Origin: a virus
Lineage: Duplodnaviria > Caudoviricetes
Length of the DNA stretch: 64,000 nt
Strand: one strand, 5' to 3'
IMG/VR virus record: IMGVR_UViG_3300025608_000006
The position numbers were made by a program, and so were the translations under genes. Shown one piece after another: positions 20,730-30,973 of the stretch. The notes beneath the pieces are model-generated. The model did not search any database. It had not been told where the DNA came from and saw nothing but the letters and a program-made list of their open reading frames with translations. Position 1 is the first letter of the stretch. The number at the start of each line of letters is the position of its first letter.

Positions 20730-23700
20730 ATGGCAGAGTTTAAATTAGGTAGAATTAGATTTATTTGGAAGGGCGATTGGGCAGCTTCCACAGTCTACTA
20801 CAAAGACGATATTGTTCGCAACGGCGGAAACACATATGTTTGTATTGCAGGCCATACTGCTCCGACATTGTTTACAGACGAACAATCAACCTACTGGAAT
20901 AAAATTTCAGATGGTGTTGTATGGAAAGGCGACTGGGGCATACAAAATTACTATAAAGTAAATGATATTGTAAAGTACGGCGGATATTTATATATTGCAA
21001 ATACTGCACACACTAGTACATTTGATTCTGACTTAGGATTAGAATTTGAGCAAGGTACAACTACAGCAATAACAACTACGGACGCTCCAGATTTAAGCAG
21101 AACACTTGGAACATATACTGGTGTAGCTACATCTAGTAATCAACTCGGCAAAGGTTTAACTGTTGATGTTGTAGTTGTGTCCGGTGGTGGCGCAACTATT
21201 ACACTCAATGCGCCAGGCGACGGATATGTTGTTGGCGAAGTAATAACAATTTCTGATGCAGCTATAGGCGGCGGCGGAGCTGCTGATTTAACATTTACAA
21301 TTAGTGAAGTTATTAGCAAGTGGGACTTGTTTGCTGAAGGATTTGATTACAAAGCCGATTGGGAAATTGGTACTCGTTATAAAGTAAATGATATTGCAAA
21401 ATATAATGGCACTGTATACATTTGTATAGAAGATCATACCAGTTCTGGAACACTCTCCGACGGTCTAGAAGCAGATCAATCTAAATGGAATATATTCAGT
21501 GAAGGGTTTTATTGGACAGATATTTGGAATACTAGTACACGTTATAGAGTAAATGATATTGTGCGCTACGGCGGCACCTTATATATTTGTAATCAGGGCC
21601 ATACCAGTGCAGTATCAGATGCCGACGGTCTAGAAACAGATCAATCTAAATGGGATTATCTACACAAAGGTATCGAATACAAGTCAGACTGGGAAGGTTC
21701 TACACGCTATAAAATTAATGATGTTGTAAAATACGGCGGTGGTGTATGGATTTGTACAACACAACATACTAGTACAACCAGTTTGGCAACAGATGAATCT
21801 AATTGGGCGCAATTTGTTGAAGGACTAGAATTTGAAGATAGCTGGGATGCTTATGCTAGTTATCAGCCTGGAGATTTTGTAACCTATGGAGGCTATAGTT
21901 ATGTTTCTATTACAAATAACAGTGGATTAAAGCCTAGTGATAACGATAGTGATTGGGATCTATTTACTACAGGATTCCGCTTTTTAGGCGATTACGAAGA
22001 TGATAGTGCTACAGCAGAATATATAGAAGGTGATGTAATTCGTTTAGGCGGATATACATATCTTTGTATTCTAAAGCACGAAGGATTCCGTCCGCCCAAT
22101 CCTCTATACTGGCAGCGCTTAAACGAAGGTGTTGAGTGGAAAGGCGACTGGACCGATGCAACTTTCTACGATGCAGGCGATAGTGTACAGCATGGAGTAA
22201 ACAGTTATATCTGTATACTTGCTCATACTTCAGACGAAATTACAGCACAAAACAGACCAGACCAAGATGTAGACGGTAGTGAATGGAATCTGTTAGTAGC
22301 AGGCGCAGAATCAGGAAATTTAACTACTGAAGGTGATCTAGTTTACTACGGCGGCGCTGGCGCAACTAGATTGCCAGTCGGGACACCAGGCCAAGTGCTT
22401 AAAGTCAATGATGCAGCCGACGCTCCAGAATGGACAAGTTTTGGTGCAATCAACAATGTATTTTATGTAGAAACTAATGGAGGGGTTGATGATCCAGCAC
22501 CTAGTTATGGCGTTACATTAGACCGTCCTTGGAAAACAATACGTTATGCAACTGAACAAGTACAAGCGGGTGCAATTAGATATAATGCTAAAAGTCTTTT
22601 AGAAAGAAACAGAAGCTTTATACAAGATGAAGTTATTGAATATATCAAAGCAACTTACACAGATACTGCTACTGCTACTACAGCATCAACAGATGCTATT
22701 ACAATAACTGATACTAGTTGGTTAGTAGCAGGAGAAACAGCAGTTAAATTTACAGGTACAACTTTTGGCAATATTGTTGCTGATACAGAATACTTTGTAA
22801 ACACTGTTCTTGATGCAACTACATTTACAGTATCAGCAACAAAAGGCGGCGCCATACTTGCACTATCTGACGCAACAGGTTCAATGACTTTAGATCTTTC
22901 ATATCTCGAAGCATCGTGTCGCAGAGACACAGGACAAGTATTAGATGCAGTTATATGGGATTTGTCACACGGTGGTAATGAGCGCTCAAGAGCAGCAGCA
23001 CTAGCTTATTTTAACGCAGCTGGTGATACGTACCTTGCAGATAATCCTACACAAACAGCAGGTGCTCTTGGATATATTGTTACTCTTGCAGATGCAGTTA
23101 TGTCAAATCTTGCTCCAGCAACAGTACGCGGCAGTTTAAACCAGTATACTAATTCTGCATTCGTAGAAGAAGTAGATGCACTAACAACTGTAACAACATT
23201 AACAGCAATAGTTACTAATGCAATTACAGAAGGCAACACTGGAAATGTTCCAGCAGAAGTTAAACCGCAAACTAGTATATTTGTTAAAACAGGTAACTTT
23301 AGTGAAGTATTACCAATTATTGTTCCTGAAAATACAGCAGTTATAGGAGATGAATTGCGTTCAACACGTATTTCTCCGGCAGCTTCACTAGTAGATAGTG
23401 CAGATACACCGTATACGTTAGATGCAATTGATAGATTAAAAACTATTACATCTGCAATTGTTACCGCGCCGGGTACTGTTACTAAAACTACTGGAAATGC
23501 TGAGGATCCAGTTACTACAAGTCCAGTAGGAAGTGCAGCAGCAGGAACCTTTGCAACAGAATTATGGCAGCAGATTTATGATTATATTGACCATGGAGTT
23601 AATGGTGCATCGGGAGATAGTACAGTTCCTGTGTCGTATGGTTCGAATGATCCAAACACTACAACAGATTACACTTATGCTGTTGAGTCAATTGAAGCAA

Positions 23701-26231
23701 ACAGAAATTTCTTAGTAGAAGAAGCTATTGCTTATATTGCTGATACTTATCCTGCATATACATACGACGAAGATAAATGTCGTAGAGATGTAAACAGATA
23801 TATCGATGCAATTAAATATGATTTAATTTACACAGGAAATTACAAATCTTTATTATATGCACGTTATTATGTAAATGCTGTAGGCGGAAGTACACTAGAA
23901 GACATGTTCTACATGCGTAATGGTACAGGTCTACGCAACTGCACAGTAACCGGACTATCGGGTACATTAGGAGCAGATAATATATACGGAACCAAGCGTC
24001 CATCAGCAGGTGCGTTTGTAAGTCTTGATCCAGGATGGGGTCCAGCACATGTCGATGCATGGATTATCAATAAGTCACCATATGTACAAAACGTATCTAC
24101 ATTTGGTACAGGCTGTATTGGTTGTAAAATTGACGGCGACTTACACGATGGAGGTAATGACTCGATTGTTGCCAACGACTTTACACAAATTATATCAGAT
24201 GGTATTGGTGTATGGTGTACAAACCTAGGTAGAACAGAACTTGTTTCTGTGTTCTCATATTATGGACATATTGGATACCTAGCTGAAAATGGTGGTAAGA
24301 TTCGTGCTACCAACGGTAACAGTTCTTATGGTACATTTGGTACAGTAGCTGAAGGCGTTGACGAAACAGAGATTCCAATTACCGGTAAAGTAACTAACCA
24401 ATTCTTTGATGCGGTAGTTCACCGCGTACTTACTGATGGAAATAATGTATTAACACTTGAATATGCTAATGCAGGAAGCGACTATACTACAGCCACTGAT
24501 GCACTTTTAACCATTGAAAACGTCGGCGCAGCAGACGGTGACAGAACAGAAGGAACATATTATAATGTGTCTGGTTCGTCATCAGGAAGTGGAACAGGTC
24601 AAGACTTTGATATTATTGTTGACGAGTTTGGTTTAGCTACTGTAATTGTTAACAAAGGCGGCAGCGGACACGTAGTAGCAGATGTTATTACAATTTCTGA
24701 TAGTTTACTTGGCGGCGGCAGCGCACCTGATTTAACATTTGATGTTGCTACTATCGGCGATGCAACTCAGTTTACTGTTACTGGTGAAGGATTTGGAGCA
24801 GAAGTTGATAATGCACAAACAGTTAATGGCGGCGTATTTGAAGTTAGGCTTACAGATCCGGCAGACGACAGAGGCGGCGAAGGATATCTTGATGCACAAA
24901 ACGTTGCACAGCTTGGTAATGCAACAAGTATTACTCTTTCTAACACAGATGGAAGATTAAGCAGTCAATATGTAGGAATGGCGATTTACTTAACAGCAGG
25001 TGTCGGCGCAGGACAGTATGGGTACATTGACACATATAATAATGGAACAAAGGTTGCCACCGTTAAGAAAATGAGTGACGATACAGCTGGATGGGATCAT
25101 GTTACAGGTCTTGCAATAGAAGCAGCACTAAATGATACTACAAATTACAGTATTGAACCTAGAATTACATTTGCTGCACCGCCTAGTGGATTATATGCAG
25201 ACACAGCAAAAGGGAGAGCAATTGTTTCAGATGGAGCAATTACTCAAATAACTATCTGGGATCCAGGCACAGGGTACAATAGTGCTCCAGTAATGACCTT
25301 TACTGATCCAAATAATACAGCAGATGCTCCGCATACTGTTAGAATAGGTAACGGTGTTCTAGCACAGCCTACTTGGACCAACAGAGGCGCAGGATTTGTC
25401 ACTGCTACTTGTGATATCACAGGTGACGGACATGCTGATTTATATCAACCAGGTACGCTAGTTAGAGTTACAAATTTATCAGAAAAGCCACTTCCTGGAT
25501 CAAATATTGAATTTTCTGGAATTCCCGGCGAATATTATAAACTAGTCAACGTTCGAGATTTAATAGGTACTGGTCCGTATTCAGCACAACTTCAACTAAG
25601 TCCAGAAATAACTGTTAGTGAGGCTGTAGAACACGATAGTGATATTACAATGCGTATACGCTATTCACAAGTACGATTAACAGGACACGATTTCCTAGAT
25701 ATTGGTACTGGTAATTTTGGAGACACCAATTATCCAGGAATTCCAGCCAATCCAGTTGACCCCGAAAAAGAAACTGTTGTTGGCGGCGGCGGTCGAGTAT
25801 TCTACACCAGTACAGACCAAGATGGTAACTTCCGTGTTGGACGTTTGTTTAACGTTGAACAGGCAACAGGGGTCGCTACACTAAATGCTGATGCATTTAA
25901 TATTAGTGGACTAAACGAACTATCATTGGGTGCAGTCGAACTTGGTGGTACTGGAGCAACTATTACTGAATTTAGTGTAGACGGAACGTTTACAGCTAAT
26001 AGTGATAACATTGTTCCAACACAAAAAGCAATTAAAACCTATATTGCTTCACAAATTGGTGGCGGCGCTGGCGAACTTAATGTTAACAGCATTACTGCTG
26101 GCTCGGTATTAATTAGTGGGCAGGAAATAACAACAACGACAGGCGATCAGATAAATATATTACAGAAGGTAAATTACACTGGCGGAGTTAGTGGCTCACC
26201 AGTTGCAATGAATTACTTTTTACAACAGTAA
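20730..26231 (+). CDS. Giant fibre protein (1833 aa), paralogue of 15966..20684
   Basis: MAEFKLGRIRFIWKGDW versus MADFNLDRIRFRWKGDW; same repeats, core and C-terminus (YSQVRLTGHDFLDIGTGN, RVFYTSTDQDGNFRVG); late promoter at 20699-20705. Confidence 0.85.
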   Translation: MAEFKLGRIRFIWKGDWAASTVYYKDDIVRNGGNTYVCIAGHTAPTLFTDEQSTYWNKISDGVVWKGDWGIQNYYKVNDIVKYGGYLYIANTAHTSTFDSDLGLEFEQGTTTAITTTDAPDLSRTLGTYTGVATSSNQLGKGLTVDVVVVSGGGATITLNAPGDGYVVGEVITISDAAIGGGGAADLTFTISEVISKWDLFAEGFDYKADWEIGTRYKVNDIAKYNGTVYICIEDHTSSGTLSDGLEADQSKWNIFSEGFYWTDIWNTSTRYRVNDIVRYGGTLYICNQGHTSAVSDADGLETDQSKWDYLHKGIEYKSDWEGSTRYKINDVVKYGGGVWICTTQHTSTTSLATDESNWAQFVEGLEFEDSWDAYASYQPGDFVTYGGYSYVSITNNSGLKPSDNDSDWDLFTTGFRFLGDYEDDSATAEYIEGDVIRLGGYTYLCILKHEGFRPPNPLYWQRLNEGVEWKGDWTDATFYDAGDSVQHGVNSYICILAHTSDEITAQNRPDQDVDGSEWNLLVAGAESGNLTTEGDLVYYGGAGATRLPVGTPGQVLKVNDAADAPEWTSFGAINNVFYVETNGGVDDPAPSYGVTLDRPWKTIRYATEQVQAGAIRYNAKSLLERNRSFIQDEVIEYIKATYTDTATATTASTDAITITDTSWLVAGETAVKFTGTTFGNIVADTEYFVNTVLDATTFTVSATKGGAILALSDATGSMTLDLSYLEASCRRDTGQVLDAVIWDLSHGGNERSRAAALAYFNAAGDTYLADNPTQTAGALGYIVTLADAVMSNLAPATVRGSLNQYTNSAFVEEVDALTTVTTLTAIVTNAITEGNTGNVPAEVKPQTSIFVKTGNFSEVLPIIVPENTAVIGDELRSTRISPAASLVDSADTPYTLDAIDRLKTITSAIVTAPGTVTKTTGNAEDPVTTSPVGSAAAGTFATELWQQIYDYIDHGVNGASGDSTVPVSYGSNDPNTTTDYTYAVESIEANRNFLVEEAIAYIADTYPAYTYDEDKCRRDVNRYIDAIKYDLIYTGNYKSLLYARYYVNAVGGSTLEDMFYMRNGTGLRNCTVTGLSGTLGADNIYGTKRPSAGAFVSLDPGWGPAHVDAWIINKSPYVQNVSTFGTGCIGCKIDGDLHDGGNDSIVANDFTQIISDGIGVWCTNLGRTELVSVFSYYGHIGYLAENGGKIRATNGNSSYGTFGTVAEGVDETEIPITGKVTNQFFDAVVHRVLTDGNNVLTLEYANAGSDYTTATDALLTIENVGAADGDRTEGTYYNVSGSSSGSGTGQDFDIIVDEFGLATVIVNKGGSGHVVADVITISDSLLGGGSAPDLTFDVATIGDATQFTVTGEGFGAEVDNAQTVNGGVFEVRLTDPADDRGGEGYLDAQNVAQLGNATSITLSNTDGRLSSQYVGMAIYLTAGVGAGQYGYIDTYNNGTKVATVKKMSDDTAGWDHVTGLAIEAALNDTTNYSIEPRITFAAPPSGLYADTAKGRAIVSDGAITQITIWDPGTGYNSAPVMTFTDPNNTADAPHTVRIGNGVLAQPTWTNRGAGFVTATCDITGDGHADLYQPGTLVRVTNLSEKPLPGSNIEFSGIPGEYYKLVNVRDLIGTGPYSAQLQLSPEITVSEAVEHDSDITMRIRYSQVRLTGHDFLDIGTGNFGDTNYPGIPANPVDPEKETVVGGGGRVFYTSTDQDGNFRVGRLFNVEQATGVATLNADAFNISGLNELSLGAVELGGTGATITEFSVDGTFTANSDNIVPTQKAIKTYIASQIGGGAGELNVNSITAGSVLISGQEITTTTGDQINILQKVNYTGGVSGSPVAMNYFLQQ

Positions 26232-26245
26232 CGGAGAAATAAAAA

Positions 26246-26563
26246 ATGGCCACAGGTAGACTAGCAGGAGCAGATCTCGCAGCAGGCACAAATACAACAG
26301 TTTACGAAACGCCCGCAGATATTTATACTGTGGCAAGTTTAAATATTGTAAACAGAGGCACACAGCCTACAGTAATAAATGTTGCTATAGCAGATCTTGA
26401 TACACCAACACTTGGTGAGTATATAGAATTCGAAACAGAATTACTGCCAAAAAACATATTAGAACGCACTGGTATAGTACTAGGTGCAAGTCAGAAAATA
26501 GTTGTGCGTTCCTCGCAAGCAAACGTAAGTGTTGTAGCGTTTGGAATTGAAACAACTGCATAA
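26246..26563 (+). CDS. Small fibre-associated protein (paralogue 3 of 3)
   Basis: TVYETPA...VASLNIVN...LERTGIVL pattern; follows a giant fibre gene. Confidence 0.65.
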   Translation: MATGRLAGADLAAGTNTTVYETPADIYTVASLNIVNRGTQPTVINVAIADLDTPTLGEYIEFETELLPKNILERTGIVLGASQKIVVRSSQANVSVVAFGIETTA

Positions 26564-26589
26564 ATACAAGTAACAAAGGAAGAACTCTT

Positions 26590-26916
26590 ATGGGAAGATA
26601 TATCACAAGTACACTGACTTATGCTACTACTACTGTCACTACAGGGACCAGTTATCAAGCTGTTACCAATGACAGAGTACTATGTACGTCGGGTGGAATT
26701 ACAATTACATTACCGGCGGCAGCAGATGCATTAGTCGGCGATACTGTACAAGTTTTAGATGCCGCCGGTAACGCAGGCACAAGTGCAATTACAGTAGCAA
26801 GAAATGGAGCCAATATACAAGGCACCGCAGAAAATTTAACAATCGACATCAACAATGCTGCACCTGTTTTAGTATATTCAGGAGCAACATATGGATGGGT
26901 AATTTCAGGAAGCTAA
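26590..26916 (+). CDS. Stand-alone tail-fibre repeat-domain protein (resembles T4 gp34-type repeat)
   Basis: ITITLPAAA...GDTVQVLDAAGNAGTSAITVARNGANIQG..ENLTID....VLVYSGATYGW; late promoter at 26560-26566. Confidence 0.6.
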   Translation: MGRYITSTLTYATTTVTTGTSYQAVTNDRVLCTSGGITITLPAAADALVGDTVQVLDAAGNAGTSAITVARNGANIQGTAENLTIDINNAAPVLVYSGATYGWVISGS

Positions 26917-26917
26917 T

Positions 26918-27667
26918 ATGCCAAGTTTACGCACACTACTATCAGATTTAGCACCGCAGCCGATCGGCAATCCGAATAGGGTTTTTTACGTCCGAGATAC
27001 TGACACTGGAGCAAGCAACGGCGGATGCTGTTGTTTATGGACAGCCCCTGCAGGCACAACCAGTGTTACATTTGAAATGTACGGCGCAGGCGGCGGCGGA
27101 GCTGGAGCAAGATGCTGTGAGCGTGCAGGAACTATGGCAACAGGCGGCTCTTATGCACTTAAAACAATAGCTACAACAGAAGGATGTCAATATAGAATAT
27201 GCGCAGGCGGATCAACTGACTGTGGAGGATGCTGCGGAATCATTGGCAGATCTAATCCAAGCTATGTGTTTGACATCACAGCAGGAAGTACAATTGGATG
27301 TGCCATTGGTGGCACAGGCGGTTGTAGTCAAATGACACGAGGGGGTTTTTGTTACGGATATATCTGTTGCTGGGGCCTACTGTCTGGAACAGGACTTGGC
27401 GACATAGTTATGGATGGCACTGGCGGAATAAGTTTTGTTAGCTGCCACTGTAACAATGACATACACATGATCACTGCTGGAGGCGTAGGCGCAGAAAGAA
27501 AAACTGCTTCGTTCTGTGCTAAAGAACCGGCCGGAAGTGGACCTTATCATATGTGTTCAGTGCCATCATGGCCAGCAGGCGGCGGCACATCAGGAAGAGC
27601 TTGTAGCGATGGACGTTGCCATGGTCAGCACGGCGCAGCCGGATTTGTTAAAATAACATACACATAA
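26918..27667 (+). CDS. Cys/Gly-rich putative adhesin/fibre-tip protein A
   Basis: Motif GGCCCLWTAP...FEMYGAGGGGAG; about 21 Cys; ends G-F-V-K-I-T-Y. Confidence 0.7.
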   Translation: MPSLRTLLSDLAPQPIGNPNRVFYVRDTDTGASNGGCCCLWTAPAGTTSVTFEMYGAGGGGAGARCCERAGTMATGGSYALKTIATTEGCQYRICAGGSTDCGGCCGIIGRSNPSYVFDITAGSTIGCAIGGTGGCSQMTRGGFCYGYICCWGLLSGTGLGDIVMDGTGGISFVSCHCNNDIHMITAGGVGAERKTASFCAKEPAGSGPYHMCSVPSWPAGGGTSGRACSDGRCHGQHGAAGFVKITYT

Positions 27668-27678
27668 GAGGAATTAAA

Positions 27679-28326
27679 ATGCCAACACCAATTACAGAAA
27701 CAACAGTAAGTTTTACTTATGATATTGCAGACAAGTTGTATGCAACGACCACTAGTTTAAATAGAACAGCATCTGCATCATACACAGGGCCAGATAGAAT
27801 TTGGCAGTTTGTAGATAACGATACTGGATTGATATCACGAGAACAGCCTCCGTTAACTAGTGAAGATGACGGAGCAGATGTACCAGTACCTGAAGGATTA
27901 CGCAAAGTTGAAGTTGTAGCAGCAGACGATCCTGTTATTATATCAATTATTCGTGAATACGATGTAACTTATGCAGATACATCAACAACAACTGACACTT
28001 TGCCGGATGGAAGCGAATGTACATATGAAACTACAGCTACATTAAGCCAAACTTACGATTTAGACGGCCTAGTACACAATGGAACTGCGTGGGTTTTAGG
28101 AAGTATGATTGAAACCTATGTAACATGGGATGATGTAATCGACTCGAGAAATGGTGCACTTACTGCAACAGACGGTAAGATATCACCAGATCAGCCAGAT
28201 TCAATCAAACAACCTTGGATAGACTATAGACAGGCACTAAGAGATTTGCCAGTTACGTTTGGTTACGGTACTGATAATGAAATCGAAGCATGGAAAGTAA
28301 ACATGCCAGATCACCCAGAGGATTAA
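27679..28326 (+). CDS. Tail-fibre assembly chaperone-like protein
   Basis: C-terminal RNGALTATD...WIDYRQALRDLP is the signature of phage tail assembly chaperones. Confidence 0.75.
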   Translation: MPTPITETTVSFTYDIADKLYATTTSLNRTASASYTGPDRIWQFVDNDTGLISREQPPLTSEDDGADVPVPEGLRKVEVVAADDPVIISIIREYDVTYADTSTTTDTLPDGSECTYETTATLSQTYDLDGLVHNGTAWVLGSMIETYVTWDDVIDSRNGALTATDGKISPDQPDSIKQPWIDYRQALRDLPVTFGYGTDNEIEAWKVNMPDHPED

Positions 28327-28330
28327 TAAC

Positions 28331-29089
28331 ATGGCAGGCTTAAGAACACTTTTACAAATTGGCGGATCTCAAGATACAACTTTAGATATTAATGAAGTTC
28401 ATATCTTTAACGCTAATAAAACAACACAAAATAACGGCGGCGCTTGTTGTCTATTTACTGTACCAGACAGTACTTCATGGTTTGCTATAGAACTATGGGG
28501 AGGCGGCGGCGGAGGCGCAGGTGCTTGTTGCTGTAGAAGTGGCTGGCCTGGCGGTTCTGGATCGTATGCTAGAAAGATTATTACTGGATTAACTGGCGGC
28601 GAAGAATATACTATATGTGCAGCAGGAACAACATATTGTAGTCGCGACAACGGAACTGGCTGTACAGGAAGCCCAAGCTTTGTAAATATAAATGGCGGCG
28701 CAGTTCAAGTATGTGCAGCAGGTGGCGGACCAGGCGGCACAAGATGTTATTTCCAAATTAACTGTAGTTGTCAATTTTGCGCACAATATCAGTGCGGTTC
28801 TTGGTGTGGATCATTTGGGTTATGTGGAGTAAACGGCGCTGCAAAAGGAAGCCCAATGTGTGGTGCAGACGCATACGGATTTATGCCTTCTGCTCCTTAT
28901 ACACTAGGCGGAAACAGACCTACAATGTCTTATTGCACACATACTAGCGGAAATGGTGTAGGCGGCAGTGCTATGTGGCCAGGAGGCGGCGGCGCAAGTG
29001 CTGTAGCAAGTTCTACAGGCTTTAACTGCGGAGCACCGGGCGCCGGTGGCTTGGTTTCGATCTATTATTCAACAACAGCAGGCGCATAA
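28331..29089 (+). CDS. Cys/Gly-rich putative adhesin/fibre-tip protein B
   Basis: GGACCLFTVP...IELWGGGGGGAGACCC; about 19 Cys; paralogue of A and C. Confidence 0.7.
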   Translation: MAGLRTLLQIGGSQDTTLDINEVHIFNANKTTQNNGGACCLFTVPDSTSWFAIELWGGGGGGAGACCCRSGWPGGSGSYARKIITGLTGGEEYTICAAGTTYCSRDNGTGCTGSPSFVNINGGAVQVCAAGGGPGGTRCYFQINCSCQFCAQYQCGSWCGSFGLCGVNGAAKGSPMCGADAYGFMPSAPYTLGGNRPTMSYCTHTSGNGVGGSAMWPGGGGASAVASSTGFNCGAPGAGGLVSIYYSTTAGA

Positions 29090-29101
29090 GGAAAATATAA
29101 C

Positions 29102-29875
29102 ATGGCAAATTTAAGAGATTATTTATTCGGATATGAAGAAGGCGCACCTATTGAGCCAGGAGAATTCAGTGTTTGGAACAGCAGTAGAAGTAGTTCAAAT
29201 GGTGGATGCTGTTGCTTGTGGACTGTGCCAACAGGAAAAAGCTACGCAGTATTTGAAATATGGAGCGGAGGCGGCAGTGGTGCAGGAGTATGTTGTTGTC
29301 AACAAGGCCCAGGCGCAGGCAGTGGCGGTTACGCTATTAAAAGTGTTAGCGTAAATCCAGGAGATACATTTACAATCTGTGCAGCAAGCTCAGGAAGATG
29401 TACTGATCCTAGTTGGCAATGTGGATGCTGCGGCTGTTCATCTTACATATGTTCAAACGGAGGCGGCGGCAGTCCAAGTTGGAAACTATGCGTTTGTGGT
29501 GGTATGAATACAGCATACGATAGACGCTGCTTTTTCATGGGCAACTGCTATGATTGTTGTTCAATGTGTTTCTGCTGTTTAGGCACATACGGCACCTCCG
29601 ACGGCAACGCAACACCAGATTTTCATGTAGGTGGAACAAACGGTAGTATACACCCCAATCAGTACTGTTTCGGAAACGGATACCAAGTAACTGCAAATGC
29701 TCCATTTACTGCTGGCGGGTTTAGAGCTGGCCCGGGCGGTTGCAGATCATGGCACGGCGGCTGCGGCTGCGGAATGTTCCCAGGAGGCGGCGGTCTATCG
29801 GCTTCAAAGTTCGATAACCAATGTTGTGGCGGCGAGCATGGCGGCGGCGGCATGGTTTATGTGGTGTATTACTAA
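29102..29875 (+). CDS. Cys/Gly-rich putative adhesin/fibre-tip protein C
   Basis: GGCCCLWTVP...FEIWSGGGSGAGVCCC; about 28 Cys; ends GGGGMVYVVYY. Confidence 0.7.
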   Translation: MANLRDYLFGYEEGAPIEPGEFSVWNSSRSSSNGGCCCLWTVPTGKSYAVFEIWSGGGSGAGVCCCQQGPGAGSGGYAIKSVSVNPGDTFTICAASSGRCTDPSWQCGCCGCSSYICSNGGGGSPSWKLCVCGGMNTAYDRRCFFMGNCYDCCSMCFCCLGTYGTSDGNATPDFHVGGTNGSIHPNQYCFGNGYQVTANAPFTAGGFRAGPGGCRSWHGGCGCGMFPGGGGLSASKFDNQCCGGEHGGGGMVYVVYY

Positions 29876-29884
29876 TAGGAAACA

Positions 29885-30850
29885 ATGATGACAAATATAA
29901 CAAAAGAGTTTACATACGACCAAACCGACGATCAATATTCGCAAACCAATGTAGATCTTACTAAAGCAACAATGACGTATTCAGGTCCTGCATACAAATA
30001 TGTGGTATTTGATAGTACAACAAATAAAATGGTTAATGCAACTATTCCAGAAGAACAATGGGATAATGGTGAATTCAATAATCAAGATGACGGCCAATAT
30101 GCTGTTAGAATTGACTGCAATGAAGAAACTTTAATTTGCGCTCTACTACCAGCTGACGGTAATTTTGATATTGACACGCTGTCAACAGTTAGCGAAGAAG
30201 TTCCAGGATCTGCAATTCCTTATGTTAGAAATGATCCAATGTTGCCAGATCACGTTTACGAAGTTACTGAAATAGTATATAATCCTGACACTGAGAGTTT
30301 TGTTAAACCGTTTCCTTGGAAGGCTCCAATAATGGATTGGGAAACATTTATTAACTACAGAAACAATTTATTGAATAATGCGGATCGCAGTCTGTCAGAA
30401 GATTTACCAGAATCGGTATATAACAAAGTAGCTAAGTTTAAAAAATATTTGAGAAATTTGCCTACAACCTGCGGTGCCGCTTGGGATATTACATTGGATA
30501 ATGCTGGATCTGGATATGCTGTAGGAGACAGTATTTTACTATCAGATCCTGCATTTAAAAATAATACTAATGCAGCAGATATTCTACTTACTGTTTCAGA
30601 GGTAGATGACTCCGGAGCAATTACTGCATTTACTTCATCTTCGAAACACTGTTACAACTATCATAAAGAAGCAGGTTCGTACACAAATGTGTTTTATACA
30701 TCAGACTCTAGCAATGGATCAGGTGCAACAATTGATATGTCAAAAATTGCAACAGTTGCTCCGCATAAGATTACAATAATTAGAAATCCTATCGAAAACG
30801 TCGACAGAGTAGACGGGCATTCTTCTGCGTTAGATAATCTTCCAGATTAA
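29885..30850 (+). CDS. Tail-fibre assembly chaperone-like protein with an extra C-terminal repeat domain
   Basis: YRNNLLNNAD...KKYLRNLP motif; paralogous N-terminus to 27679..28326 (FTYD...A...Y.GP). Confidence 0.65.
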   Translation: MMTNITKEFTYDQTDDQYSQTNVDLTKATMTYSGPAYKYVVFDSTTNKMVNATIPEEQWDNGEFNNQDDGQYAVRIDCNEETLICALLPADGNFDIDTLSTVSEEVPGSAIPYVRNDPMLPDHVYEVTEIVYNPDTESFVKPFPWKAPIMDWETFINYRNNLLNNADRSLSEDLPESVYNKVAKFKKYLRNLPTTCGAAWDITLDNAGSGYAVGDSILLSDPAFKNNTNAADILLTVSEVDDSGAITAFTSSSKHCYNYHKEAGSYTNVFYTSDSSNGSGATIDMSKIATVAPHKITIIRNPIENVDRVDGHSSALDNLPD

Positions 30851-30868
30851 TACTCAACTACTGTTACT

Positions 30869-30898
30869 AAAAAAGGCGCTAGGTGCGCCTTTTTTTTT
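30869..30898 (+). terminator. Intrinsic (potentially bidirectional) terminator
   Basis: AAAAAAGGCGC-TAGGT-GCGCC-T9. Confidence 0.9.
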
Positions 30899-30973
30899 GA
30901 GTTCAGTTTGGTCCATTCAGCATACATCCTACTAATAAATAAATGCATACATAACTTAGATAGGACTTTATAT

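Noticed and set aside
26918-29875. Diversity-generating retroelement acting on the Cys-rich paralogues
   Set aside because: No reverse transcriptase in the window and no near-identical template/variable repeat pair differing at adenines; the paralogues are deeply diverged.
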